Origin: a virus | Taxonomy: Duplodnaviria > Heunggongvirae > Uroviricota > Caudoviricetes | Length of the DNA: 64,000 bases | Virus record (IMG/VR): IMGVR_UViG_2609460125_000009 | Strand: one strand, 5' to 3' | Shown: in pieces, positions 19,601 to 28,493 of the stretch | How positions within the stretch are numbered: position 1 is the first letter of the stretch | Layout: each line of letters opens with the position of its first letter | Program-made: the position numbers and the translations under genes | Notes under the pieces: model-generated | Database searches by the model: none | The model's input: only the letters and a program-made list of their open reading frames with translations | What the model was told of the DNA's origin: nothing

Positions 19601-20132
19601 CGAAATCAACGTACTCATGACACGTATGGCGGCTGAAATGGGCTTGGGTGAGGAGTTGATACGCCCGACTATTGGTATTAAACCCAAAATCATGATCATT
19701 CTGGACAATGCGAACGGCAATGACGCTCGTACCGGCTACTTCATGGAGAACGGATACGACGACTTTAAGGCAAAACTACTGACAGTTGGAGATCTGCGCA
19801 TGGGCGATCTTTATGTCACGGGTGTTTGTAAGAAGGTTAAGGACAAAGAGAAAGACTATACCAAAGACGAGATAGGCCAGTTCACAGACTTTATGCGGGA
19901 AGAAATTAATCTTGTACGACCAACCTACATTTTGACGTGTGGTAGTCGTTCAACCGCACTATTTAACAATAAGAGTAAACCATCAGATCTGATTGGTCGT
20001 AAGGAGTACTTCCCAGAGCTTGATGCAACCGTCTTCTACGGATTTAACCCGAATATCCTGTACTTCCGACCGGAAGAAGGAGAGCGACTGGAGGCCATTC
20101 TGGCTGATATCGCGGAGACAATAAATAAGTAA
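16614..20132 (+). CDS. DNA polymerase III alpha subunit homolog (DnaE-like) with a divergent C-terminal domain
   Basis: 1172 aa; N-terminal PHP domain, polymerase core motif GPGRGSSAGSLVAWCIGIT; conserved AAAAACACATG start context. Confidence 0.9.
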   Translation: MKALMVRTDFSLGESALKAENAVKIAREAGYTAVISADSMNIASVIPLQRAAGDDMAVICGVKLNIVDDPTYEHRAKLAKESKGCMESLERGRNYSFTALIKNEKGYRDICELMTAANTREQFYFVPRLSLEQLVSTYAKGNIILLTSDIGSVFQRNDFAKIISTLITAGGKDNFYSVVYPHPTPFYDQINVRAMKVASALKIEPVAFYPAYYESIDDADIKDIAHMVTNNIKIDQPHRLRIPHQRDNAINGRRHLLEALKAFSVRMDVPVTAAMASTTQDSIIDACTWRWHELPPALPKMADDEPATLMKLAVAGLRKRLTTKEFGYTPPASENRVYVERLKYEMDTLTRLGFCGYFLMVRDLMNHSRETGIPVGPGRGSSAGSLVAWCIGITNVDPIRHGLLFERFINPERLDLPDADLDFSQARRHEVIEYLNERYGEDYVAGIPNFTYLGAASALRDTARIYGVDAADMAVSKEFKNMEDDSLSLEELREQLASLDKYATKNPEAFKAACKLQSLMRGFGRHAAGMIVAGVPLVERTPVELRGNARCIAFDKRYCEAMGLIKLDVLGLATLDLLDSAKRYIKESTGEDINLDAIPLDDRKVLDGFAAGYTQGVFQLESGPMRKLLKDLGGGIEPMSFKTVVATTALFRPGPIQSGMLDDYVSVAKGFMTPTSLHPVLDELTSETNGVILYQEQTMNATRLLAGFTMAEADGVRSAIGKKNMEKMRSMGEKFVIQAQAGWIDVELENGAIQRIHRAEHFKCEDGTLRTVEEALEHGVKLPMPVVRVTTSHPGLSETKAKEIWTAFEKNGAYQFNKSHSVAYSLISYQSMWLKTHYPAEFFAAALTILGEDKHQGLVKDALTYGIRVLPPDVNVSSNRIEIRTLEDGSQALYAPFSAVKGCSENGCQAIMRAREKVGGKFESVAQFDEAVEKRACNSRVRESLHKVGAFASIEPGSLPATDPERLRDQAELMGNLIIDAVKASRPFEMNPKRSAEINVLMTRMAAEMGLGEELIRPTIGIKPKIMIILDNANGNDARTGYFMENGYDDFKAKLLTVGDLRMGDLYVTGVCKKVKDKEKDYTKDEIGQFTDFMREEINLVRPTYILTCGSRSTALFNNKSKPSDLIGRKEYFPELDATVFYGFNPNILYFRPEEGERLEAILADIAETINK

Positions 20133-20138
20133 TAAAGA

Positions 20139-20162
20139 AAACCCGCCTGTTGGCGGGTTTAT
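20139..20162. terminator. bidirectional rho-independent terminator
   Basis: aaaacccgcc-tgtt-ggcgggttt between convergent genes. Confidence 0.65.
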
Positions 20163-20435
20163 AAAGAATTATGGCGCTTGTTGAGGAAGTCACTCCTCTT
20201 ACGCACTTTGTTTTGCCATGCCGGCAGTTAGCTTCTGCCTTTGACTATTCATGCGGCAACCCCGCATTTCGCCACAATGGGCAATTCACTTTTATGGAAT
20301 AAACTGGCCGTTGTGTCGATTTAATTAGCATGGCCTTACCATGCTAATTTATTCAACTTGTACAATCCTACAAATCTATCCACTCAGGCTTACACCGTCT
20401 TCGTTATTGTAGAAATGAGGATCATCAGCGTTGAA

Positions 20436-20651
20436 TCAGCTTAGAGCAACGACATTTGCTGCTGCTGGGCCTTTAGCCCCATTCTCGATAGAGAATTCGA
20501 CCTGCTGGCCTTCTTCCAAAGTGCGGAAATTATTACTCTGAATTGCCGAAAAATGTACAAAAACATCTTTACTGCCATCAGCAGGAGAAATAAAGCCAAA
20601 GCCTTTATCAGAGTTAAACCATTTTACTAAACCAGTCATTTTATTAGACAT
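20436..20651 (-). CDS. cold-shock protein, CspA family
   Basis: [21 protein letters not shown] ... VFVHFSAI with RNP1/RNP2-like motifs; start moved to the internal Met matching the CspA N-terminus; ~300-nt leader upstream. Confidence 0.85.
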   Translation of the reverse strand: MSNKMTGLVKWFNSDKGFGFISPADGSKDVFVHFSAIQSNNFRTLEEGQQVEFSIENGAKGPAAANVVALS

Positions 20652-20980
20652 AGATATTACCTTCTTAATTTTGTGAGCCACATAGTGCGGCGAGAATTTG
20701 ATCTGTATAGATTGGGACTTACTTAGGCACTTAAGGAGGAGACTCACGAAGAAGGGAAATCAGAAGATAACACTGAACTGAGACTGCTTTACTAAAACTG
20801 CTTACATAAGGTCTGTCTTGCAAACCAACGATGCTATTAACGCATACCCCTTCTTTTCATGCAACCTTTATTTTTCAAAGATAACTAATTTTTGTCACCA
20901 TTGGTTTAGTAAACGTTAACGAACCAGACGATGCCAGACACCTTTACAGAGAACAGATGCCCGCCAATTGGCGGGCATCA

Positions 20981-21544
20981 TTATGCGCATTTCGCAATAT
21001 CTTTGCGGCGTTTAATCAGTTTCTCCGCAATTTGCTCTATTTCGTTGAAATCTTTCGAGACGCTGTTTCGAAGCGCCAGATTCCATTTACTCAAAGTTCG
21101 GGCATTTTGGACAATTTGATCGCCCTCTTTAAGTCGTCCGTTATTCATGAGCCATTCAGCCACATCAGCCCAATCCCAGAGAGGAGACTGGCCTTTTATG
21201 CGTTGTACAGGGCAAGGGAAGTCGCCGCTTCCGCGCTTACCGTCTTTGAGCAACGCCACTGCCTGGCGAGACAGGTCTGTCAGTTCCGCGATATCGCTTA
21301 AGCCCACAAGAGCCGAGTCGACGGATTCAACAATTGCACCGATACCGGCTGATTCAATATTGTCGACCGCAGATGCGATAGCTGCATCAAGTGATTGTGC
21401 TTCGCGGTCAAATTCTACATAGACGGAGTTTCCATATGCGCAAATTAGCGCATCGTCACAGCCGTTTTGGTACAGCGCGTCTTCCAGTCCTTCCGTCTCA
21501 TACGATACGCCTGAGAGCGTCAGAGTGAAGTTATAAAGCGCCAT
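20981..21544 (-). CDS. hypothetical protein (187 aa), possible DNA-binding protein
   Basis: ORF with internal start MALYNF; terminator hairpin just downstream (20958-20980). Confidence 0.5.
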   Translation of the reverse strand: MALYNFTLTLSGVSYETEGLEDALYQNGCDDALICAYGNSVYVEFDREAQSLDAAIASAVDNIESAGIGAIVESVDSALVGLSDIAELTDLSRQAVALLKDGKRGSGDFPCPVQRIKGQSPLWDWADVAEWLMNNGRLKEGDQIVQNARTLSKWNLALRNSVSKDFNEIEQIAEKLIKRRKDIAKCA

Positions 21545-21604
21545 AGTTTTCCTTTGAAGATAGTTGGACAGTTTCTGCAAAAGGCGGCTAATGCCGCCTT
21601 GAAA

Positions 21605-21829
21605 TCATTTACAACGATCAACCATTCGTTTGATCTGTTTGGCATGGTTTTCGGGATTACCCGGAGTCGACCATACGCTCATTTGGTGAGTTTTGTGTTC
21701 ACCTTCTGGATTACCGCATCGCAGTCTGCAAAAACAATGTGCAGCACCACCAGCAGCTACCCAGATCCAGCCTTTACTTAATGCATAGTCAATGGCTGCT
21801 TGAATATGCTTATTCGGATGTTGCTTCAT
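21605..21829 (-). CDS. hypothetical Cys/His-rich small protein (74 aa)
   Basis: ORF in operon with the 20981-21544 gene; HCFCRLRCGNPEGEHKTH cluster suggests metal binding. Confidence 0.45.
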   Translation of the reverse strand: MKQHPNKHIQAAIDYALSKGWIWVAAGGAAHCFCRLRCGNPEGEHKTHQMSVWSTPGNPENHAKQIKRMVDRCK

Positions 21830-22083
21830 TCGCCTCCGATAATAGTATTCTATTCACAGTGTTGACATCTGTCAACGGCGACTGAATTTCATCCGTTCAT
21901 GCCACACCACCATCCATCTCATGTATGTGACCTAAAGATGGTCAGCACAGCTTACCAAAATAAGACAACTAATTATCTTCGGTGATCTCAATATCTTCCC
22001 CTGAACAAAGTTGACATGACGCCATAAACCCGTTCTCTGTTTGATATAATTGATACAGATTTTATAAGTAGGAACCTATTAGA

Positions 22084-22515
22084 GTGAACACTGATATTTT
22101 TTCTAAAATCATGGCCGATCTGGAGTTCGACCGCGACAACCTTGAGGAAGTATGGCGTAAACAGCCACGGCTTTTAATGGAGTATGGGTCAAAACTAGCG
22201 CAGGCAGATCGAGATGTCGCAGAGGCAAAACTTAACCTTGAAGCTGTTGAAGCAAAGCTATACGACACAGAGCGTAAGAACTTGAGTATGAACGGCATTA
22301 AGTTCAACGAGTCTGTACTGGACGCTAAGGTTAAAACAAACCCACAGTATCTGTCTAAACGGCAGAAGTTGGATGAAGCACGGCACATCGCAGACATATA
22401 CAAACATGCTGTCGCCGCCTTTTCGCATCGCCGAGACATGATCGTTCAGGCGTCAAAGATGGCCATCGTTGAATTAGAGCGATTAGGCTCTGAACGCTTT
22501 ATTACTCCCCGTTGA
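22084..22515 (+). CDS. hypothetical protein (GTG start)
   Basis: 143-aa ORF, AGGA upstream; first gene of the long plus-strand block. Confidence 0.5.
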   Translation: MNTDIFSKIMADLEFDRDNLEEVWRKQPRLLMEYGSKLAQADRDVAEAKLNLEAVEAKLYDTERKNLSMNGIKFNESVLDAKVKTNPQYLSKRQKLDEARHIADIYKHAVAAFSHRRDMIVQASKMAIVELERLGSERFITPR

Positions 22516-22632
22516 TTTTTGATAGATAATAAGTAAGTACTGATCTATCATTTAACAGCTCGAAAGAGCCACGAATGAACGAAAGCCCAACGCGCATAGC
22601 GCCATCGGCCAAATCACAACAAGGAGAAACAC

Positions 22633-23661
22633 ATGTCTAAGACATTACTTGATTTGCTTAACAAAACTCGTGAAGACATTGCCGCCAAACGTGGCAACAA
22701 CGTTGATCTGACTCGCTTAAAAGACGGCGTCAACTATATCCGCATCTTCCCGAATAAAGACGACCCAAACGGTAAGTTCTTCCAGACTTTCGGTATGCAC
22801 TACGTTAAGTATCAGAACGAGGAAGGTAAAGAAGCAACCAACGCTTATATTTGTGAGCAACATACTCACGGTCGCGCTTGTCAGCTATGCGAAATGGTGA
22901 TGGAAGGTCGCGCTCGTCACAAGGGTAACAAAGCAATGGAAGAACGCATCGGTCAAATGCGTGCCACTCCTCGCTACCTGGTCAACGGCATTCTTTCTGC
23001 TCGTGAGGATTTCGCAGATGCTGAGAAATGCCAGTTAATCGAGCTGCCGTCTACTGTATTCGATGATATCTGCAAAGCAATCACCGAAGACATCGCTGAT
23101 GATATCGGCAATCCACTGAGCAAAGAGGAAGGCTACGCATTCCTGATTAAACGTACTGGCTCTGGTCGCGATACCAAATATGACGTCTCGCCTAAGCGTA
23201 AAGTCTACAAAGGCGATATCGAAGATAAATTCTGGAACACCCAGCATGATCTGATCGCATACGCAAATCAGGCTGATGAAACTCGTCTTCTGTCGACAGT
23301 TCGCACTATGGGTCGTCTGATTGGCATCGCTGCACCAACTGCCGCAGCATCTGCACCAGCAATTTCCTCAACCGCGAAAACATCGGCTGCGGCACTACCT
23401 GGATTTGGCTCTGTCACTGGTCATACAGAAGGAGCGACGGCTGTAGCAACCGCGCACACACCGGCTTCTGAACCAACCAGTCTGGTTGATGAAGAAATCC
23501 TCCGTGCCGTTGAAACTGAATTTAAACCAGAGGCAAGTTCCGCTGCCGTTGCCGTATCAGTCAAAGAGTCTGAAGCAGTCGCAGCGACATCTGTAGCAAC
23601 CGCATCTGCGACGGAAGATGAAGGTCTGGATGACCTACTGAGAGAGCTGGACTCTCTGTAA
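22633..23661 (+). CDS. single-stranded DNA-binding protein, gp32-like
   Basis: Zn-binding C..H.H...C..C cluster (CEQHTHGRACQLC), Ala/Ser-rich linker and acidic C-terminal tail DEGLDDLLRELDSL. Confidence 0.65.
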   Translation: MSKTLLDLLNKTREDIAAKRGNNVDLTRLKDGVNYIRIFPNKDDPNGKFFQTFGMHYVKYQNEEGKEATNAYICEQHTHGRACQLCEMVMEGRARHKGNKAMEERIGQMRATPRYLVNGILSAREDFADAEKCQLIELPSTVFDDICKAITEDIADDIGNPLSKEEGYAFLIKRTGSGRDTKYDVSPKRKVYKGDIEDKFWNTQHDLIAYANQADETRLLSTVRTMGRLIGIAAPTAAASAPAISSTAKTSAAALPGFGSVTGHTEGATAVATAHTPASEPTSLVDEEILRAVETEFKPEASSAAVAVSVKESEAVAATSVATASATEDEGLDDLLRELDSL

Positions 23662-23678
23662 TCCCATTACGTGACCAG

Positions 23679-23707
23679 TAAGGCGTCTACGGACGCCTTA
23701 CTTTTTG
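23679..23707 (+). terminator. rho-independent terminator after the SSB gene
   Basis: taaggcgtc-tac-ggacgcctta then ctttttgg. Confidence 0.6.
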
Positions 23708-23721
23708 GAAGGAATGTACCG

Positions 23722-24666
23722 GTGAATTATCTCTTCGTAGATGGCAATAGCCTGGGTTATTACCACCAACAATCTGACAAATTGCACAACGGCGAAATGG
23801 AAGTACAGGCTGCTTTCGGCTTTGTTAAGAACGTCCGTCGTTATGCCTCCATCCTCCATGCCCGACCTATGATTCTTTGGGATGGATTTAGTGACAAGCG
23901 TCGCGACTTTTACCCGGACTACAAAGCAAATCGCGACGACGATCCTGATATGAAAAAGATGAAGGAAGGCTTTGCTATCCAGAAGCCATACATCCTCAAA
24001 ATGATGACCGCGCTTGGAGTTACCCAACTCATTGCAAAAGATGCAGAAGCGGATGATCTGGCCGGGCTGCTGGTATCCCGCATGGCACCGCAGCCAACCG
24101 TTGAACACATCTATCTGTTAACAGGCGATAGCGACTGGCTTCAGTTAGTTCGTGAAAACGTAAGCTGGGTAAGCCTGCGTGAAGACGCCAAAAACAAGCA
24201 GGTTAATTTTGAGCAATTTGCGGAGCTGACAGGATTCGCTACTCCTCGCGCATTTTTGGAAGCAAAAGCATTACAAGGCGATAAATCGGACAACATTAGC
24301 GGTGTTGGTGGCATTGGTGCTGGCGGTGCGAAAGAGCTGCTGCATGAATGGGGAAGTGTCGCAACGATGGTACGCGGCATCAACGACGGCTCAATCGTGG
24401 TTGACAAAGGACGCCATAAGACCGCCTTCAACAAACTAGCGAAGAATGCCTTCAACGAGAAAACAGGCTGTCGAATGCTCGAAGCGTTCAAGAGAAACAT
24501 CACGCTAATGAACCTGATTGAGACGAAGTTTCCGCCTACCGAAATCGAAACAATCAAAGGCAATCGTGACGTGAAAGCATTCGAGCAACTGTGCTACGAG
24601 CTGAATTTCCGTTCGTTCCTTGAAGACCTTGAAGTGTTTGTTCTTCCATTCGAAAGGTATTGCTAA
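23722..24666 (+). CDS. 5'-3' exonuclease / flap endonuclease (RNase H-like, FEN family)
   Basis: LFVDGNSLGYY N-terminal motif and TGDSDWLQLV helical-arch motif; start moved to GTG after the terminator with GGAAGGA RBS. Confidence 0.8.
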   Translation: MNYLFVDGNSLGYYHQQSDKLHNGEMEVQAAFGFVKNVRRYASILHARPMILWDGFSDKRRDFYPDYKANRDDDPDMKKMKEGFAIQKPYILKMMTALGVTQLIAKDAEADDLAGLLVSRMAPQPTVEHIYLLTGDSDWLQLVRENVSWVSLREDAKNKQVNFEQFAELTGFATPRAFLEAKALQGDKSDNISGVGGIGAGGAKELLHEWGSVATMVRGINDGSIVVDKGRHKTAFNKLAKNAFNEKTGCRMLEAFKRNITLMNLIETKFPPTEIETIKGNRDVKAFEQLCYELNFRSFLEDLEVFVLPFERYC

Positions 24667-24932
24667 TGCTTAAATCGATTATTAATGGCGCTACAACCAC
24701 CCCCACCCAACTGGCAAAAGAGATTGTCTTTTATCACGGTGAGTACGCTGTCATCGCACTGCCGTCAATTCTAGGCGCTGCCGGAATGAAAGCGACAGAT
24801 CGCGAGTTTGGATTAGTCAGCGAGCAGGTCGTAAAAATCCTCGCTCGTGTATCCAGACTCCTTAACCACGATGCGATTGTATTCGACGAATCCGCCGCTT
24901 TAAAACGAATCAACGAAACAAAAGGAGCCTGA
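24666..24932 (+). CDS. hypothetical protein (88 aa)
   Basis: ORF in track; ATG overlaps previous stop. Confidence 0.4.
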   Translation: MLKSIINGATTTPTQLAKEIVFYHGEYAVIALPSILGAAGMKATDREFGLVSEQVVKILARVSRLLNHDAIVFDESAALKRINETKGA

Positions 24933-24934
24933 TC

Positions 24935-27274
24935 ATGGCAAAAGGAAAATCCGCACTGGCACTTGCTCTGAAAAAGAAAATCGGTAGCAACGACGAAATT
25001 CAGAAAGTAACTCATTGGATTGACACAGGCTTTCCTCCGTTAAACAAAGCTATTTCCGGTCGTTACGATGGCGGTTTCCCATGTGGTCGTATCGTAGAAG
25101 TATTCGGGCCACCAAGCGCGGGGAAATGTGTTACCGCAGACACCATGCTGCTGACGGAGCGTGGAATGGTAACAGTGAAAGAGTTGTTTGAGATTGAAGG
25201 GTACAAAGCGACATGCACTACTCGCGATGTAGAGCATAACGTTGGACTCATCAATGAAAATGGCGTGATAGAGAAGACCTCACACCTGACATGGAACAAC
25301 CGTCGCAAATTCAAGCGTATTAAGCTGGCATCAGGCGGTTATATCGAGGCTACGTTCCGTCACCCAATCCGTGTGGTTGACGACTTAGGTAATGTCGTCT
25401 GGCGACATGCTGAAAAAATCAGTGTAGGCGACACGATTCCTTCAATGGTTGGCACACATCAATTCGGCGATCAGCACCTGGATGCCAATATCGCAAAACT
25501 GATGGGCTATTTAATTGCTGACGGATACGTGGCCTCTGAAAATTCAGTGAATTTTTCTAACACAGATCCTTTCATCAAGGATGAGTACTACCGCCTCATT
25601 TCGCTGGTATCAGACAAGATGCCAGTTACGAGAAAACATAACGGCTCGGAAGACCATGTGCTGTTTAGCAAAGAGGTGCGTTCGCTGCTTTTTAAAGAAT
25701 ATGGTCTGGAGTATGAGAAAGCTGCTGGCAAGCAGGTTCCGTTGAGTGTGCGTCGCGCCAATAGCGAGGCTCAAATTGCATTCCTTCGCGGCTACTTTGA
25801 GCTGGAATGCCACGTCAATGATGGTCGCTGCATTGAGGTTGTGAGCGCGAGTGGGCTGCTGCTACAGCAAATTCGCCTCATGCTCCTGAATCTGGGGATT
25901 ACGTCAACTATCTCTGAAAAACACGTCGCGGGTTATGAAAATACATATTACCGGCTGTCATTCAGTGGCTCTAATTACGACCTTTTTCTGTCAACGATTG
26001 GTTTCGAATCTCCGGCACGTTTATCAGTGGCAACCAAACGGGACATTGGTTTTGACCGCACTTACTCAGGCTATGTTCCGCACATCAGCGGCTTAGTGAA
26101 ATCACTCTACGAGTCGCTCACCAAGACCACCCGTGAAGACTACGCTCTGGTAGACCACGTTATTGGCCGCGGCGATCGTGTCGGAATAGACAAACTGCGA
26201 GAAATCTATGTCTCCTTCATTGGCAGAAAGAATCGTTTTAACGAGCATCTGTTTGCACAACTGGCAGCGGTAATTGGCTCTAACTTGTTCTACGACGAAG
26301 TCGTGGCTATTGAGGAAGGTGAAGCACCAACGTTCGACGTAGCGATGCCGGAAACACACTCTTTCTGGTCTAACGGGATTATCAGCCACAACACATTCCT
26401 TGCAACAGCAGCGATGATCTCCGCTCAAAAACAAGATGGTCTGGCGGTATTCCTCGATCATGAAAACAGTTTTGACGTTGGCCTGGCTGTAGCCAATGGC
26501 CTGAACGCAGATGAGGATGACGGTCAGTGGGTATACAAGCAGCCAGATACCTTCGAAGACTCTGTAGAGTTGATCGGCACAATACTTAAATTGGTTCGTG
26601 ATGAAGAGCTTATCCCCGAATCAGCACCTATCTGTATCGTGGCTGACTCTCTTGCGTCTATGGTTCCGAACTCCAAAGCCGAGAAGTTCGAAAAGATGGC
26701 TGAAGGCACAGCCAAAGACAAAGATCAGCTAAACATGAACGACAATACGGCACTGGCTCGTGCGACGAGTGCGAACTTCCCTACTCTGGCTTTGTGGGCA
26801 CGCAAATACAACGCCTGCATCATCTTCTTGAATCAGGTTCGCACAAAAATCGGTGTAATGTTTGGCGACCCTACTACGTCGCCAGGTGGAGATTCACCGA
26901 AGTTCTACGCTTCTGTACGTATCCGTCTTGGTGCATCGGTGATGAAGGATGGTAAAGAGAAGATCGGCCAGGACGTAGGCGCAGAATGCATCAAAAACAA
27001 AGTTGCACCACCGTATGGCAAATGCACCTGGAAATTCTACTTCGATCCTACTCGTGGCCTCGACGTTATCGAGTCGCTCGTCGAGTACATGCTGGAAGAA
27101 GGATACCTGCCAAAGAACGCCAGCGGTCGAGTAGAAATTGGTGACAAGAAATACACCAAATCACAGATCGTCGAGATGTATCGGGAGAAGCCACTAGCTG
27201 AAATCATTGCGGCTTTACAGGCAATCGACGACCGGAGATCAAAAGACAATCCCACCGAGTCAGTAGAAGAGTAA
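24935..27274 (+). CDS. RecA-family recombinase interrupted by an intein
   Basis: Extein: GPPSAGK|TFLATAAM P-loop and FLNQVRTKIGVMFGDPTTSPGGDSPKFYASVR, closely matching the RecA core; 422-aa insertion between K64 and T. Confidence 0.85.
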   Translation: MAKGKSALALALKKKIGSNDEIQKVTHWIDTGFPPLNKAISGRYDGGFPCGRIVEVFGPPSAGKCVTADTMLLTERGMVTVKELFEIEGYKATCTTRDVEHNVGLINENGVIEKTSHLTWNNRRKFKRIKLASGGYIEATFRHPIRVVDDLGNVVWRHAEKISVGDTIPSMVGTHQFGDQHLDANIAKLMGYLIADGYVASENSVNFSNTDPFIKDEYYRLISLVSDKMPVTRKHNGSEDHVLFSKEVRSLLFKEYGLEYEKAAGKQVPLSVRRANSEAQIAFLRGYFELECHVNDGRCIEVVSASGLLLQQIRLMLLNLGITSTISEKHVAGYENTYYRLSFSGSNYDLFLSTIGFESPARLSVATKRDIGFDRTYSGYVPHISGLVKSLYESLTKTTREDYALVDHVIGRGDRVGIDKLREIYVSFIGRKNRFNEHLFAQLAAVIGSNLFYDEVVAIEEGEAPTFDVAMPETHSFWSNGIISHNTFLATAAMISAQKQDGLAVFLDHENSFDVGLAVANGLNADEDDGQWVYKQPDTFEDSVELIGTILKLVRDEELIPESAPICIVADSLASMVPNSKAEKFEKMAEGTAKDKDQLNMNDNTALARATSANFPTLALWARKYNACIIFLNQVRTKIGVMFGDPTTSPGGDSPKFYASVRIRLGASVMKDGKEKIGQDVGAECIKNKVAPPYGKCTWKFYFDPTRGLDVIESLVEYMLEEGYLPKNASGRVEIGDKKYTKSQIVEMYREKPLAEIIAALQAIDDRRSKDNPTESVEE
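25127..26392 (+). mobile_element. intein with LAGLIDADG homing-endonuclease domain inside the RecA P-loop
   Basis: Begins with Cys directly after GPPSAGK, ends ...SHN followed by Thr; internal LAGLIDADG-type motifs MGYLIADGYV and FLRGYFELECHV. Confidence 0.75.
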
Positions 27275-27280
27275 ACACAA

Positions 27281-27304
27281 GGCGTCCACAGGACGCCTTT
27301 TTTA
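27281..27304 (+). terminator. rho-independent terminator after the RecA gene
   Basis: ggcgtcc-aca-ggacgcc then ttttttat. Confidence 0.7.
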
Positions 27305-27367
27305 TCTCTTGAAAATATATAAGTGCTTACTTATCATTTTTCACATAACAACCACATAGGAAAACAC

Positions 27368-27568
27368 ATGATCAAAATCTATCTATTGGCAGTAGCCACA
27401 GGCCTTTCAGTGGCTCTCATCTACGGATTACTGGTTCCGTCGCTGATTTCTGCAAAGAGTGATTTGGCCGTCATGCTTGGAGTTCTCGTTGGTTTTGGCG
27501 CTCCAGTAATCGGTCTTATTGGTGGTCGTAAGTTTATTAACTCATTAATCAAAGCAAAGGGGAAATAA
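27368..27568 (+). CDS. small two-TM membrane protein (66 aa)
   Basis: Start at the ATG with GGAAAACACATG context; hydrophobic throughout; directly upstream of the SPFH gene. Confidence 0.5.
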   Translation: MIKIYLLAVATGLSVALIYGLLVPSLISAKSDLAVMLGVLVGFGAPVIGLIGGRKFINSLIKAKGK

Positions 27569-27571
27569 GTA

Positions 27572-28402
27572 ATGAAGAAAGGTTTACTTGCAGTTGCTCT
27601 GGCGGCTATTTGCACAATGGGTCTTACTGGCTGTGATCGCGTGGAGCCTGGATACGTTGGCATCAAAGTAAACAAATTAGGTGAAGACAAAGGGATTGGT
27701 GAAGTGGTTGGCGTTGGTCGCCAATGGACAGGTCTTAACACCGAACTTTACGTATTCCCGACCTTCAAACAAATGAAGACCTACGACGAACCGTTCACAT
27801 TCCAGATGAGTGACGGTACTGCTATTGGTCACAAAATTGGCGTTGCGTATCTGGTTAATCGTGACAAGGTAACGACGGTGTTCCAGACCTATCGCAAAGG
27901 CGTAGACGATATCACCGAATCAGATCTGCGTCAGAAAATTGCCGACTCTCTAAACCGTTTGGCCAGCCGTATGACCACTGACTCATTTATCGACGGTGGT
28001 AAGGCACAATTGCTGGACAACGCACTGAAAGATATTCAGAAAGAGATGTCTCCGGTTGGTATTGAGGTACTGAGCCTGTCATGGGTTGGAAAGCCTGATT
28101 ACCCAAAAACCGTCATTGAATCTATTAACGCCAAAGTAACGGCTAACCAGCGTACTCTGCAACGTCAGCAGGAAGTTGAACAGCGTAAAGCTGAGGCGAA
28201 TATGCTACGTGAACAGGCTAATGGTGAAGCTGATGCTATCCGTGCTCGTGCGCAAGCAGAAGCAGACGCCATTCGTCTGCGCGGTGAAGCTCTGCGTCAA
28301 AACCCGAACGTTATGGAACTGGAAGCCATCAATAAATGGAATGGCCAGTTACCGCAGTACATGACTCAAGGGGCTAACACTCCTTTCATTACAGTGAAAT
28401 AA
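27572..28402 (+). CDS. SPFH/band-7 (prohibitin/stomatin-like) lipoprotein
   Basis: Signal peptide with lipobox LTGC, SPFH-like core, C-terminal coiled coil with AEA-rich repeats. Confidence 0.65.
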   Translation: MKKGLLAVALAAICTMGLTGCDRVEPGYVGIKVNKLGEDKGIGEVVGVGRQWTGLNTELYVFPTFKQMKTYDEPFTFQMSDGTAIGHKIGVAYLVNRDKVTTVFQTYRKGVDDITESDLRQKIADSLNRLASRMTTDSFIDGGKAQLLDNALKDIQKEMSPVGIEVLSLSWVGKPDYPKTVIESINAKVTANQRTLQRQQEVEQRKAEANMLREQANGEADAIRARAQAEADAIRLRGEALRQNPNVMELEAINKWNGQLPQYMTQGANTPFITVK

Positions 28403-28419
28403 CTCCCCTAAAAAGTTCA

Positions 28420-28444
28420 GGCGTCCAGTTGGACGCCTTTTTTA
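28420..28444 (+). terminator. rho-independent terminator after the SPFH gene
   Basis: ggcgtcc-agtt-ggacgcc then ttttttat. Confidence 0.7.
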
Positions 28445-28493
28445 TCGCAATTATCTTATTAAGAAAACAATTTGTTTAAAAGGATAAGAAAAC

